From assembly GCF_018977255.1 (NCBI RefSeq), contig NW_024704743.1:68140001-68204000 (forward strand): a stretch of DNA of 64,000 bases. Direction: 5' to 3'. The notes below the pieces were generated by a model that was given only the letters and a program-made list of their open reading frames with translations, ran no database searches and was not told the DNA's origin. Shown here piece after piece: positions 25,450-39,100 of this stretch. Within the stretch, counting starts at the first letter, position 1. Every line of letters starts with the position of its first letter. This DNA is from Callorhinchus milii (lineage: Eukaryota). The position numbers and the translations under genes are program-made.

Positions 25450-26139
25450 TCTTTTATCCTTGATAAACAATTAATATTTTATAGTGCTTTATCACATCAA
25501 ACTATCACAACAATCTTTAGAGTAAAATAATCAAGTGTAGCACTTTTTTGAAGGCAAATGTAGCAGCTATTTTGCACACATCAAGATTCCACAAACAGAA
25601 TAATAATCTTAGCATTTGATATAGTGCCTTATCACATTGTCGAAGAGTCTTAAAGACTTTCATGAGTTTTTTTCATAAAGTGGCGTTACTATGTATTTTG
25701 TAGGTGAACACAATTTTGTCAGAAGACAATTGATGCACAGCAATGTTCTACAAAAACAGCCATGAAGTGAATGATCAGTTGTATTTGGAGGGATTGTTAG
25801 CCAATTACTTCAAAATCCCGACGTAGAGCTTGAACCAACAACTGTCTAACTGAGAGGTAAAAATGCTACCAACTGAGCCAGGTTGATACACATGAGATGA
25901 ATAATGAATTATCTGGAGATTTGTTGGCAACGTTTGGTAACTTGGAAACCCCCCCCACAGAAAACCATTGTATGAACAAGATAACTGTTTCTTCAATATA
26001 ACCCCCAGCAATACCAGAACAGGACTCTGCCAACAATACAAATGACTCTTTATGGTTCTTTATACCTACCCCATTCCAAGAACAGATTCAAGCAGGTAAA
26101 ATACATAAGCAGAATTATTAGACACTGAATCATTTCATT

Positions 26140-26600
26140 TTAAGATGCAGATTATTCAGAACTCTGCAGCTCGTGTCCTCTCCTGCACCAGCTCCGTGAA
26201 CCTATCACTCCCATCCTCGCCCGGCTCCACCAGCTCCCCGTCCCGAGAGGATAGAGTTCAAAATTGTCGGCCTCGCTTTCAAAGCCCACCACAGCCTTGC
26301 TCCTTCCTACCTCTGAGACCTGCTAACCCCAACCGCTCCCTCCGCTCGACTAACTCTAGCCTGCTCCATGTCCCTGCCATGCCCGCCCACCGTCGGTAGT
26401 TAGGCCATCAGCCTTTCTGCCCCCATCCTTTGGAACTCCATCCCACAGTCTCTATGCCTCGTCCCCTCCTTTGCCTCCTTTAAGACCTGTCTCAAGACCT
26501 ACCTCTTCGTCCGTGCCTTCAGTCACCCTCCTACCCCCACGCTCCTTGTCCTCCACCTCTCCTGATCACAATCCCCAGCTCAGGTGCAAACCTCTGGCTG
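26140..26600 (+). mobile_element. L2 3' fragment
   Basis: QIIQNSAARVLS and similarity to 11010-11460. Confidence 0.85.
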
Positions 26601-27435
26601 TCCCTCCTGAATACTTCTTGGGGCCTCAACCAACCTTCCTGGCAACCTGCTCCAGTGGTTAATTATCCTGTATGCAAAGCAAAACATCCTGGTATCTGTC
26701 CTGAAATTTCCATTTGCAACTCTAAACATATCTGCTCTTGTGCTACTGTTTTGGTTCATCCAAAATTATTGATCTGGGTTTACTTTTTCATTCCCATTCA
26801 ATATTGTAAACATCTATTTGAGGTCCCCTCTGAGTCATTTTCTCTCAACACTGAAGATCCCTAGCTTGCCTAATCATTGCTCATTCCTCTAACACTGGAG
26901 ATCATCCCATTGCTCTCCTCTGCACTGTCTCTAGTGCCCGCCAGCCCCCTTATGTATTCTTACGTGAATGCTCCCCTGCTTATTCCATTACCTAGCAGGG
27001 ATGCAAACCATATTGGACCTGCGACATTTGATTGCTTGTTGTCAGTGAATGCTTGCTGTAGGCACAGGAACTATGCTCACAGTTGCAGTGTTAGGATGAC
27101 AATAGGAAGTTACAGCTGTGCTCAGCCATAGCACGCCAATATGGATCTACAGCAAAGGAGGTATTTTTCATCCCATGGAAACTTTGAAAAGACCCAGTTT
27201 CCAACGCCAAGCAAAATCTAGCTTAGTCATAAGTGCAAAAGAATTGTTAGGCACTAGCTCATTTATTCTCAAAAAAATCTTGCAAGACAAACCGTCCAAT
27301 GCGCCACGTTGAGTTTAGAGTGATAACTGGCAGCTTTTGTGTGTATGGCAGGTTATGTGAGAGCAAATGCAAGAGGAAAGAGACAGTAATATGACCAAAC
27401 TGTCTTTCATGCAAAGATGTGTCATCTGCAGTGTA

Positions 27436-28221
27436 CAATAGAAACCCGGTTTGCGGCCACCTCAGTAATCCAGCCACCTCACAATTGTGGGCACATTTTC
27501 ACAGTCTCTTTTATTGTCTGTGTTAAAACATAGTCTGTCTGTTTGCTTCAGTAAACCAGACACCTCACTGTTCAGGACAACGGTCATTGATTGCGGCTTC
27601 TACACCGCCTTCCTCTGCTTCAAACACGGTACAAACACTGCCCTCCGCTACTAACCTGTACAGTACACAGTGTGCTAGGCCTTGGGCTTCTCTCGCTGTT
27701 ACTGTGGATGGAGTGGGCTCCAGTCGCGATTGCGCTGCCTGGGGAGTGTTGGGATCGCGGAAGCAGCACGAGCAGAAAATCAACTTTGCACACAGCCTAA
27801 CCTGAGCTCCGGCGGCTAATTCTTGGTAAGCAATAATAATAATCCTTACATATGCTTTAAACAAGCCACCGCGGAAGGAGTTGTCCTTACATGAGAGAGT
27901 GGATTTAATCAAAAACAGTGAGGGCAAAAGTGATAGTCAGTTAGCTGTGATCTATGGCATTGGCAGAACACAAGTTGGTTGCATTCTCAAAAGGTAGGCT
28001 GAGTAAATGACAGCTTCTGTTTTAAATGTGACAATGTTTTTATTTTAATGAGATTGCTTTGTTATGGTTGTTGAATGTTCATCACCCTAAACCATTATCA
28101 ATGCCCTTGACATTATATTAGTGACCTGAATTGCCCAACCTGTTTCAGTAATCAGGTCACATCACTAAGTAGGTCACTTTTGTCCAGTCACTTGAGTGAC
28201 TGAGTTAGTGAGATTCTAATG
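27436..28221 (+). mobile_element. Internally deleted pogo/Tigger DNA transposon
   Basis: TA flanks; ends CAATAGAAACCC / reverse complement CATTAGAATCTC; CENP-B/psq-type HTH remnant RKELSLHERVDLIKNSEGKSDSQLAVIYGIGRTQVGCILKR at about 27868-27995. Confidence 0.85.
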
Positions 28222-31200
28222 TAATTGTGTATGGAACTGCTGAGATAGACCTGATTCACGGGCTGGAGTTGATATTGTGCATATCCTGAAGCCAGAAAAG
28301 ACCTGGCTTATTAAGAGTAGCCGGTCAAGCTGACAATGTGCTATTCAACAGCCGAGGATGTGTGAGTGCACCTAGCATGCAGGACTTGGAAATAGAATGA
28401 ACAACCTCAGTAAGGAAGTCTCAGTTGAAAGCACTCTTGCCTCTGAATCAGAAGATTGTGGGCTCGAGCCCCATGCCAGGATTGAGAACTCATATCATCT
28501 AAGCTGACACTCCAATGCAGTAATGGCAGTGTTCTGCATTGTTGGAGGTACTGTCCTTTGGATGAGACTTTAAACCAAGGCATTAAAGACCCCATGGTAC
28601 TATGCAAAAAGAGACCACGAGGAGAAAGCCTTAAGAGATTCATGTGCAAAGACACAATCCTTCCACTTCATACTAAAATTCTGTGAAAAGCTTTGAGATG
28701 TCTTAAAGACATGATATGGCACTACATCAAACGCAAAGATTATTATTTTTATGTTCCACAATTATTGTCACAAAGACAATGGTTAAGTTCTGTCCCATAT
28801 CGAACTTAATGACTAAATGAGTCCTTTGAAGAAATCAATCAAATTCCTTTTGTGAGGTGTTGGCAGAGCTCCAAAATGGATTATCTGGTGAGGTGGGGGT
28901 GAGCTGGGTTGGGGGGACTTGAGAAATGCAGATCTGAAACAACATCAAGAAACAGAGAGAGAGAGAGAGAGAGAGAAAGAGACCTGATTGTTTTCTGTAC
29001 CATGAAGAAAAAGTACAATTTTGCTAAACAACACAGATTGATGGTACATTCCATCTTTGCTATTTTGTTTCATCCGTTTACTTGCTACTTTTAATATCTG
29101 TATATGTAATATTAATAATCCTTACATTTGGTAAAGCACCTTTTATATCAGCAGAACAAAGCGCCTCACATAATTTAGTGCAAAGTGAAGTGACTGTTTT
29201 TTGTGAGCAAACAAGGTAGCCAATTTGCACACATCAATGTCCCAAAAAAAGGGCTATGAAGTGAATAACCAATTTTTATTATGGGAATTGTCAGCCAGGA
29301 CACAAAGAGAAAATTCCCTTCTCTGTTTAAATGATGCTATCATTATTAATCTTTAACGTCCACCTGAACAGGTAGATGAGACCTTGGTTTAACATTGCAC
29401 CTGAAGCATGAAACCTCTGATGAGGCAGAACTCCATTGAAGTGTCAGCCTAAACTATGAGCTCAAAGTCCCAAGATGGAGCGTGAACCCAGTGACTGAGG
29501 CGAGATCAGTTAACTCTGAAAAATCCAGGCATTCAACCTTGGTAGTCTGTGTCTTCTCAATTTTAGCCTGAGCTTTAGCTTTACCAACGTAGCCACCTAG
29601 CCACTGATCCATTTCAAACGTGTAGCATGTTGTATGCTATTTTATTCCTCTATTTCATTTGTGGAATGCCTTGTCAAGTAAGGTGGAGTTCATTGTGGGC
29701 TTCAAGAGGGAAGTAGACAAATATCTAAAGGATAGAAGATTGAAGTGGGAGGAGATAGGAGAGGAGTGTGGGGCTGAATGAATAACTTGCTCTTTGAGTT
29801 GATGCAGATTCGATCAGCAAATGGCTTCCTTCTGTACTGTAAGTTTCTACGATTCTATGACTAATCAGGTATGTGGAATGTAGAATATTTTTATGAAATA
29901 AAGAATATAATTAATACACACTGACTTGAGCCTATATTTCCTTGTGCAAGAATTAGATAAAAGCAGAAGAGTACATTTGCATATCATAAACATTCATGTG
30001 TTGAGCAGATTGTGCTGAACTGAGCAGCCGCATAATTTAAGGATGTGAGCATTTGAGTTTTTCAGATGGAAACATTTTGGTTTCTGCTTCACAGACTATA
30101 AAATGTGAATAAATATGAAGTCAAATTAAATACTTGATCCCACTGGGCAATATTCCAAGTCTCCTTAGATCCCTAAAAACAAAATATCCTATTTTACTGG
30201 TAGGAAATTTAACTGTATCCTCTGTACACCTCTATACAGGCAGAGATCAGTCGCAAATACCATTATACTCCTAAGGATCAGGTGCAGATGCTTTCAAGAT
30301 CAATTAGCCTTTTGAGAACCAAAGGAAAGGCGCTGTGTTGGATGTACTGAAACAGCAGTACACGAGAACACATATTTCGTGTTAGAAAGGGCAATTTCAG
30401 AACAGACACCCGGAAGTATTTCTTTACCTAGAGGATAATTAACAATTGGAATGGTTTACCCAAAAGTGTGTTTGAGGCCAGGACACTCAACTCATTTGAA
30501 AAACACCTTGATACTGTTATAGGAGAATGATGGGAGGGTGTTCCGGAAGGATTTGAACAAATAGGCCAAAGGCCCTCCCAGTATTACACTCAAGGGACAG
30601 CGTAGATTATGAATTCAAAATCCAGACATAGGGCTTGAACTCACAACTTTTTGACTTAGAGGCAAGAGTACTTTAAACTGGGTCAGGCTGACAAATTTAA
30701 TCATAAATCTAATGCAAATGTTAATGATTAACTTTTATCTTTCAGGGCTAACTTCTATGAGCTACTTAGCATGAGGATAGTGCAATTATGGTGCAACTGT
30801 ATCTTGTTGTACCACACCGTTTTAATGATATCCTATACTCCACTCATTTTTTTTCAACTACAGTATTTTATTTATAGAATGAAAAGTGAAAGTTGTAAAG
30901 AATTTTTCCAAAGGTGCTATTTGCATTTGCTCAGTTCAGATATTTTTCTGAAGAACATTCGATCCTAAAAATATATTTTCTGCATCTGAAAACATGAAGC
31001 ACTTTCACATGTCTTGGTGCCGGGCACTACACTGTGCAACTGTAGGCAATTATGGCTTCAAATGACTGCAGAAAGACTGTTCTAATTAAATAGAACACAA
31101 TATTTGATCAGTGATATTGGTTAACCTGCATAACTCGATTAATGAAGGAAATTGAGTTTATTAAAACCTGTCACAATTCAAAAGCATTTTTTAATTTTAT

Positions 31201-31531
31201 TTTTTCAGGAAAAAATGCTCACACAGATAATGATCATTGATAGATTGCAATGCCTTCTTGGCACTCCAGAGGGCAGCTATAATCTCATTGAAAAATGGAT
31301 ATTACTTGATTCTGCCTCCTGCTGAAAAGCAAAGACTTAAGTAAGCAAATAGATGCACAACTTGTTAGTAGAAATGTTAATTTTCTTTTAAAAAATATAT
31401 GCAGTTTATGAATTTGGCACAATGTATAAGCATTCAGGAATTCACTTCAGAGATCCAAAATCCATATAATCTTACAATTTGAATTTATACAGCAGCTTTC
31501 ACTGGGGAGCATCTCAGAGCGCTTAACCTCT

Positions 31532-31764
31532 TGGCCTGAAGACATTTGGCTTCAAATTGGAGATTGGGTGGTATATGGGGGGGGGGGGGTGCGGGAAGTC
31601 TTAAATTCAGTCTTAATTTGGAAACTACTTTTCTGCAGTTGGTTAATAACACTGCAGAAAATTGACATTCATATTAAAACTGAATTTAAGACTGTTTTGA
31701 GAAAGTCTGCATGATCATAAATTAAGGCTAGTCTTAACCTACAAACAAAAGGAATTTCAGGCCA
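31532..31764. mobile_element. Palindromic MITE-like element
   Basis: Terminal TGGCCTGAA / TTCAGGCCA. Internal hairpin 31597-31693 has perfect outer 15-bp arms (AGTCTTAAATTCAGT / ACTGAATTTAAGACT). Confidence 0.65.
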
Positions 31765-33469
31765 TGTCCTTAAGTTTAAAGAGGCCAACAATTTTAATAA
31801 GTCTGGGATGCTCCCTGGAGTACTGGTAAACTCTCAACAGAGCACCAGGAATGGAGATGCCTGTTTCACCAGATTACCAGTGGATGAGCTAACCACCCAA
31901 CTGCCCCCAAAGCATGGAGACACACACAGCAAAGCTGATATTCATTTCAAGACAACCGGAGAAAATGACAATCAGAGAAAATGTTTACCTCTTATACTGT
32001 ACTGAAAATAAACATTTGGAATTAGGCATATATTCAGTGTCAGCCCTGTTCAGTTACTAGCATTCTTGCCTGAGTTAGAAATTGTGGATTCAAGCCCCAC
32101 ACCTTTGCATTGGACAGTCAAAATCTGACAGCCAGACCATAACAACAACAACAAGATTCCATTTATAGAGCGCCTTTCACGTCAGGAGGACGTCCCAAGG
32201 CGCTGGACAGTTGAGTCAGGACTCGAGCAGGGGAGAAATGGTCAGGGGAGGGAAGGGAGGGAGCGACAAACATAGGACAAACAGAAGCCATTTTGAGAAC
32301 AAGGTCCTCACCACAGTCCAACAAACAACATTAGGTGATAATTGCTGCCTGCATAAATGACAGCTATATACAATAGCCATTTTCAACAGGAAATGAAAGA
32401 TACAATGACAACTTGCACTCCACGCAGAGTAGCGCCTCAGAGTGCTTAACAGTGTTGGAGCCTGACTCCGAGCCAGTGGGGGGCGCGGAGGTGACTGTAA
32501 GCACAGTCGAAAAGGACGATTTTTGGTGCCAGTCAAGCGGAGGTGCCAGATGGTGGTTTGGGGAATGGGAAGGTCAGAGAGATCGCCAGAGAGGACAGAA
32601 AAAACCCTCTCTGTCTACACTGACAGAACAAGGGCACAAACCATCATGATACATTTGTAAGGTGTACACTTTTGCCCATTTCAGACTCAGACTGAACGCA
32701 CATTCACCTCTCTGTTCTAGGTAACCAAAAGATTTTGATTCTTCCCGAAAGGAACAGAAATCCCATAAAGGACTTAAAAAGGATTAGAAACACAGGCCAT
32801 CCTCAGCAGATTCCCAGTGTTAATAGTAATCTGGTTCCATCACTCCAAACTCAGTTTTTATTAATTTCAACATCCATTTCCATTCATTTTGTCTTTTCCA
32901 GCCAAGTTCAGTTTTCTTCTGACACCACATTTAAAAACTATTAATATGTACCTAGTTTACTTGTACCTTGTCAACAAGACTGCAGTGAACAGTACAAAAC
33001 TCCGAGCAAGGCAAGGTAAATGATGCAGAGTACATAATAGAGCAACATGCATCTGAAAGATGAGGAGAAAAGATAAGAAGTGTGGCAATACCTTCACGAG
33101 GGGCTGTCTCAAAATGCAGCAACCCCTGTTGCTGGGGTTAGTGGAGGTGTAAGGAATGAGCTCATTGACCCCCATCTTTTTGTTCTTCTCCTTTACCCAG
33201 AGAACTCCCCACAGCTCTCTTTCCCTCTTGCATAGGTATGAGATAGACTATAATGATCACACACAGAGAAGCCACCAGCTGTGAGGTAGGAAGCGGTAAT
33301 ATACTCCATAGTACACTGACAGCAGGCACATAGCATAGGGATGTAAATATTGTAAAGATAATTTTTTATTTTTTGAATCTTTGCCACTCACTGTTGTCCT
33401 TCTTCATATTGCCAGCATAAAACTTTTTCTGAAGCTCTTTTGAGTTTCCCAGCTACACAGTATGTAGTT

Positions 33470-33856
33470 TCACCTTTAAGGCCATCCATGGCCTTGCCCC
33501 CTCCTATCTCTCTGACCTGCTGACACCATACCAACCTGCCCACTCCCTCCATTCATCGCGCTCCGGTCTGCTCCATGTCTCCCACCCGAACCGCCCTACC
33601 ATCAGTGGCTGGGGTTTCAGCCTCTCTGCCCCCACACTTTGGAACTCCATCCCACGGTCCCTTCGCCTCACTTCCTCCCTTGCCTCCTTCAAGACCCTTC
33701 TCTTCATCCGTGCCTTTGGCCTCCCTCCCACCTCTCTGCCTTCCCTCACCCCTACACCACCCCTCCCCATGCTCGGGTCCCAATACCTGACTGTTCAGCG
33801 CTTTGGGACATCCTCCGACGTGAAAGGCGCTCTATAAATGTAATTTTGTTGTTGTT
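33470..33856 (+). mobile_element. L2 3' fragment
   Basis: Closely similar to 11140-11560, including the stem-loop gggacatcctccgacgtgaaaggcgct. Confidence 0.9.
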
Positions 33857-35399
33857 TATAGGTGGTGAACAACCATATTGATACACTCCTGCAGTTTCTG
33901 GGAAATTACACAATTTCCAAGATATGGTGAACCCATCCTTAGCTCATACAAAGTGAGACTTTTTCAATGGTTTTCATTGGATCACTAAATATCTCTAATA
34001 AACAAGTACAAATTTAGGATATACAATAAATGCTTGTTAACTCCCTATTGACTCCCCAACTTTAACCAGCCATATTTACATAAGTAATGATCAGTATGTA
34101 ATTTAGGGCTCATTATTTATAAAATATTGGTTTGAAGCCTTTTCTTTTGTTTCAATTTTTAACGTCACATACAGACGAAATTCTGGGCGAGACTTAACTA
34201 AGAGACATTTTGTCCCTGTGCACATGCTCAGTAACCTTTTTGTTAATAAGCAATTGCCTTCACGTTTAATATATATTTTCTCCCCCATCTTGACATTGCA
34301 GTGACTTGGGACGTCCTCCCGACATGAAAGGCGCTATACAAATGTAATCTTGTCGTTGTTGTTCTGATTTCAGTGGCGGAAGCAACTTGAAACCTTCAGG
34401 TACTTTGACATTTTTTACATTCCATAGGTAAAACTTTCATCTTTAAATGTGCCTGACTTTCTCTTGCTATTTCCAAATCATGTCATCCCCTTGCTGTCTA
34501 CTGTGTTTGATGTTTCGTATAATCCTGGCTAGCTTCCTTTTCTGTGAATAGTTTTCTGTATGGATATGTTATGGTGCTTGAAGCAAAACATAAAACTATT
34601 GCTCACTTGGTATGGTGCATGTTGAAGGGCATCTCAAGAGCAATCTGAATACTATTCCTAAAGGGATGCTTATAGTGTACAGTATATAGTGCTTCTAGTT
34701 GCTCTATGTGCCTCATTGTTTCATTAGACGTACATAGGAATGAAATGATGTGTTACAAAACAGCCTTTCAAGTAATGGCAAATTAACATGCCCCACTCAC
34801 CCAGTTAAATGTGGAGACGAACTGAAGGACTGGTTCCAAAGGGATTCTGATAATTGTCTGAGATATTGAATGATGGCTTCAATATAGCTCACAAATAATG
34901 AATGTAATTTCAATAAAAATAAAAGGAAAATGCCAATAGAAAACATCAGCTACCAGGTCCCTGCAGCAAGCAACTCCCCATGGTTCCATTTCAATTGGCA
35001 TCTTTATGATCTGCTGATCCAGTTTTGGGGTACAGCATTCTCAACATCTTAGCCTTAAGCCCATTTTTTTAAATTAAGTCTACTTCAGAATTTCTTACAT
35101 TTAGTGTTACTTTGGAAGCCAGTTTACTCTGTGAAAAATTGATTTCCAAATTAAACTGATTTTAAGACTGTTTTCCATTTTGTTCTTAAAATAAAGGCAA
35201 AGATCGCAGGTTTGAGAATGTGAGAGATGTCAGGTCCCTGATGTCTGCATGGAGCCTGCAGTATCAGAATTGATTCAGGCAGTCACATTCACATGTGGCA
35301 CCAGTGGTGCTGATGTATTCATGGAAGGGAATTTCAGCATTATATTAAGTAGATGATAGATGTCAATAAAGTATCTCTAGTGAAATAAATCCACTGTAT

Positions 35400-37595
35400 A
35401 CAACAACAACTCGCATTTATATAGCGCCTTTCACACAGGGTAGCGTCCCAGGGAGTTTGACAGTGGTGCAGTCTGACAAGGAGTCAGGAGGAGAGGGAGG
35501 GGGAAGGACCGTAAGCACGATCAAAAAGGAAGGTCTTTAGGTGGGATTTGAAGGTGGGAAGGAGGGGGCAAGGTGGAGGGATTGAGTGAGAGAGTTCCAG
35601 AGTTTTGGGACGTAGTGGCTGAAGGCACTGCAACTGAAGGTGGACCAGAGGGGACGAGGAACAAACAGGAGGCCGGAGCCAGCCAAGCAGAGGCAGGGGA
35701 CGGTGGAATGGGGAGTAAGCAGATCTAATAGGTAGGCGAATGCAAAGGGATTTGAAAACAAGTGAGAGGATCTTGAAGTCAATCCATTCAACAATTGGGA
35801 GTCAGTGGAGCCTGGCAAGGACTGGTGTGATGGGGTTGCGGAGTTTTGTGCAGGTAAGTAACCAGACGGCGGCGGCATTTTGAATTAATTGAATTTGTGT
35901 ATGGTGGAGCTGGGGAGACCAAAGGGGAGGGCATTGGAATAATCCAGTCGGGAGGTGAAGAAAGACGTGGACAAGCATTTTGGCTGCATTGGTTGTGAGG
36001 TATGGATGGAGGTGGGCAATGTGGCAGAGGTGGAAAAAAATGGTCCTGGTCAGGGAACGGATGTGGGGTAGAAAGGAAAGATGGGATTGAACCCGACAGC
36101 TAAGTTTCATATGGCTTTGTGAATCTGAGGCAGAGCCCAAGGAGGTTGAGGAGTTCAGACCCGCAGGAGAGAAGACGTTGACAGGAGCCAAACAAAATGG
36201 CTTCCATTTTTCTGACATTCAGCTGCAGGAAGTTTGCGCTCATCCAGGCCTTGACATCTATTAAACAAGCTGACAGGACATCAGCGGACGGGGAGTCGCA
36301 GCTGGAGGAGGAGAAGTAGATTTAAGTGTCATCCGCATACATGTGAAAAGTTGACCCCGTGTCTGCAGATGACATTGCTGAGAAGGAGCATGTAGATGAG
36401 GAGAAGAAGGAGGCCAAGGATGGAGCCTTGGGTAACCCCAGGTGACCGGCGGAGGCAGGAAGAAAACACTTTACCGAGATGTATTGCTGGCGATTTGTTA
36501 AGTCGGAAACAAACCATGTGAGCATGGTCCAACTAAGCTGGATGAGGGAGGAGAGGCAGTGGAGGAGGATGGCATAGTTCACTGTGTCGAATGAGGAGGC
36601 AGAGGGAGCCCTGGTCACAGAGAGAGAGGATGTAATTTGTTACTTTGACAAGGCTGTCTCTGCACTGTGGGCAGGGTGAAAACATGACTGAAGGGTTTGA
36701 GTAGGGAGTGGAGGGAGAGGTGTGAGCAAAGTTGATTTGCAATGACATGTTCCAAAACTGAAGATGGGTCTGAAGTTTGTGAGTTTGGAGTGACCGAGGG
36801 TAATTTTTTAAGAAGAGGAGTGATGACAGTGGTTTTGAAGGGGTGTGGAACATAGCCTGAGGAGAGGAATGGTTGATTGACTGCCTGATAATAATCCCTC
36901 AAGAAAGAAAACGATAATCCACAACTGTTCAATCCACGAATGTTTGTGGGACACTGCTGTGCGCAATTGGCTGCTGCGTTTTGCCCACAAATATACAGTC
37001 AATTCACTTTACAGTATATTGTGTGAAGCGCTTTGAGACGTTGAGAAGACGTGAAAAGCGCTATATCAAATGCAAGTATTATTATTATTGTTGTGTCAAC
37101 CAGCAGAGGGTAGAGGAGGGGGAGTTAAGTGACCAGAAGCTGGGTGGGGAGGGGGTCGAGGCAGCAGATGGATGATGGTGGGGGAAAGGGAGGGAGAGAT
37201 GGGGCAAAGGAGTGTAGGGTGGGAGCTGTGGTAGGAGCCATGGTAGGAGGAGAGGGTGATGAAGGAGGCATGGGCAGGCTGGTAGACGACATGGGGTTGG
37301 AGGGGGGAGGATGAGGAGGCAGCTAGGGGCATGTTATCTATCTTAGAGATAAAGAAGTCTAGGACCTCTTTGCACTTGGCATCGGAAGTGAGGATCAGGG
37401 ATGCTTGAGAAGGGGCGGGGAGGAGATGGCTGGTCATGGAGAACAGGATTTTGGGTTTGAATTTGGCCTCGAGAATGATCTGTGACTAGAAGGTGGTTTT
37501 GGTTTGAGAGAGGGAGCGGCGGTAAGTATGAAGGTGCTCGAGCCACAGTTGGCGGTGAACCGTGAGGCCAGTTTTGTGCCATCTGCACTTGAGCA
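35400..37595 (-). mobile_element. 5'-truncated L2 LINE with a nested SINE (about 36888-37088)
   Basis: Minus-strand [35 protein letters not shown]; (CAA)n at about 35400; a plus-strand Deu-SINE 3' half interrupts it. Confidence 0.9.
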
Positions 37596-38664
37596 AACAG
37601 TACACACTACAAATAGCCAGCAAAAGCCATAATTAGCCATGTCACCTCCCTCAAATCCAAATCCCACACACTTGAATGCAGATGGAACAAATCGCGTTCC
37701 ACAATTCCACCACCGGATCTGGTGATCACTTCCAATCTTACCATGTCTCCCACTCCAATGCCAAAACTTCCTTTTACTCCAGGATCATGCTGAAGACCGA
37801 AGACAACCCCAAGTTCATCTTTCCACAAATTACCTCCTCCATTCTTCCTAGCCCCATCTCTAACCTTTCTTCTGATGCCAAATGTGAGGAGGTCATGGGC
37901 TTCTTGTGACCAAGATAGATTAAATGTGCTTGTCTGCATCTTTCTCCTCTCCTCCACATGTCTCAGACACCCAGCTGATTAAAAATTAAGAATGTTTCGC
38001 ATCATTGACAAATGTGCATATTCCTCCCCCCGCCACCCCCAATTTGATTCACGAAAGATATTGTGACATTTTTATTTGATCAGCCAGGTGTGTGATACAT
38101 GCAGAAACCCGTCACTGTGCTTAACAGTATACAAACCAGACAAAGAATTCCATACATCTAACTTTCACATGGAAATTCCCATGTTTGGATTGGAATGCAC
38201 CCTCTCTTATTGGAGAATGCACCCTGTCTAATAATTCCAGAGAGTATTAGATGCAGTTGTTAAGAGTCGAGGCTTGGGTACCCTCGAGTCTGCAATGGGG
38301 TACAGCTGAAGTTTAACCATGTAGCTTGCCTTTGAAAGTATTGTTTGACAAGCTTGTTCAGTCTATCTGTTAAGTCTATCTGCCGGTCTGTCTGTTAAGG
38401 CTTTAATTTGCAGGGTTAACAGGAGCTGAATGGGAAGAATCCCAAACCCAGTTTGTCCCTCCAAGTGCTTCCAATGGACTAATACAGATCCACCTGGTTC
38501 TGGAATTGGATTACTGAAACTGCCATAGAGAGTTGAACTAAATTCTGCCATTTTGTTGCCAAGAATGTCACGTTGGAGCCAGTTTAGCTCCAAGGAGACC
38601 CCCTTACCTGCCCCCAAGGATAATCACTTGTTGGTCATTTGACATCCGACAAATGCAAGCTTGA

Positions 38665-39100
38665 ACAACAATAATAACAACAACAACTTGGATTTATATA
38701 GCGCCCTCCACGTACGGCATCTCAGAGCGCTTTACAGTAACGGATCCCGGACCGAGCCAGGGGGAGGGCAAGGAAGGTGACCAAGGGCGCGGTCGAAAAG
38801 AAAGGTCTTCAGCAGAGACCTGAAAATGGGAAGGGAGGGAGAGAGACGAAGGGAGTGAGGAAGGCAGTTCCAGAGCCTTGGAGCATAGTGGCTGAAGGCA
38901 CGGCTGCAGAGGGTGGAGCGGAGGACTCGGGGGACGAGGAGGAGGCCAGACCCGGAGGAACGAAGGCAACGGGCACTGTTTTGAGGAGAGAGGAGGTCAG
39001 AGAGGTAGGGGGGTGCAGAGGAGTGAGGGACTTGAATACAAGGGTGAGGATCTTGAAATTGATCCTCTCTGGGATAAGCGGCCAGTGCAGTCTGGCAAGA
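38665..39100 (-). mobile_element. L2 3' fragment, second subfamily
   Basis: LARLHWPLIPERINFKILTLVFK; the tail gagatgccgtacgtggagggcgctatataaatccaagttg is shared with 45300-45670. Confidence 0.9.

Noticed and set aside
38363..38617. DIRS-like or host exon in the 84-aa minus-strand ORF
   Set aside because: Only a vague resemblance; no diagnostic motif intact.
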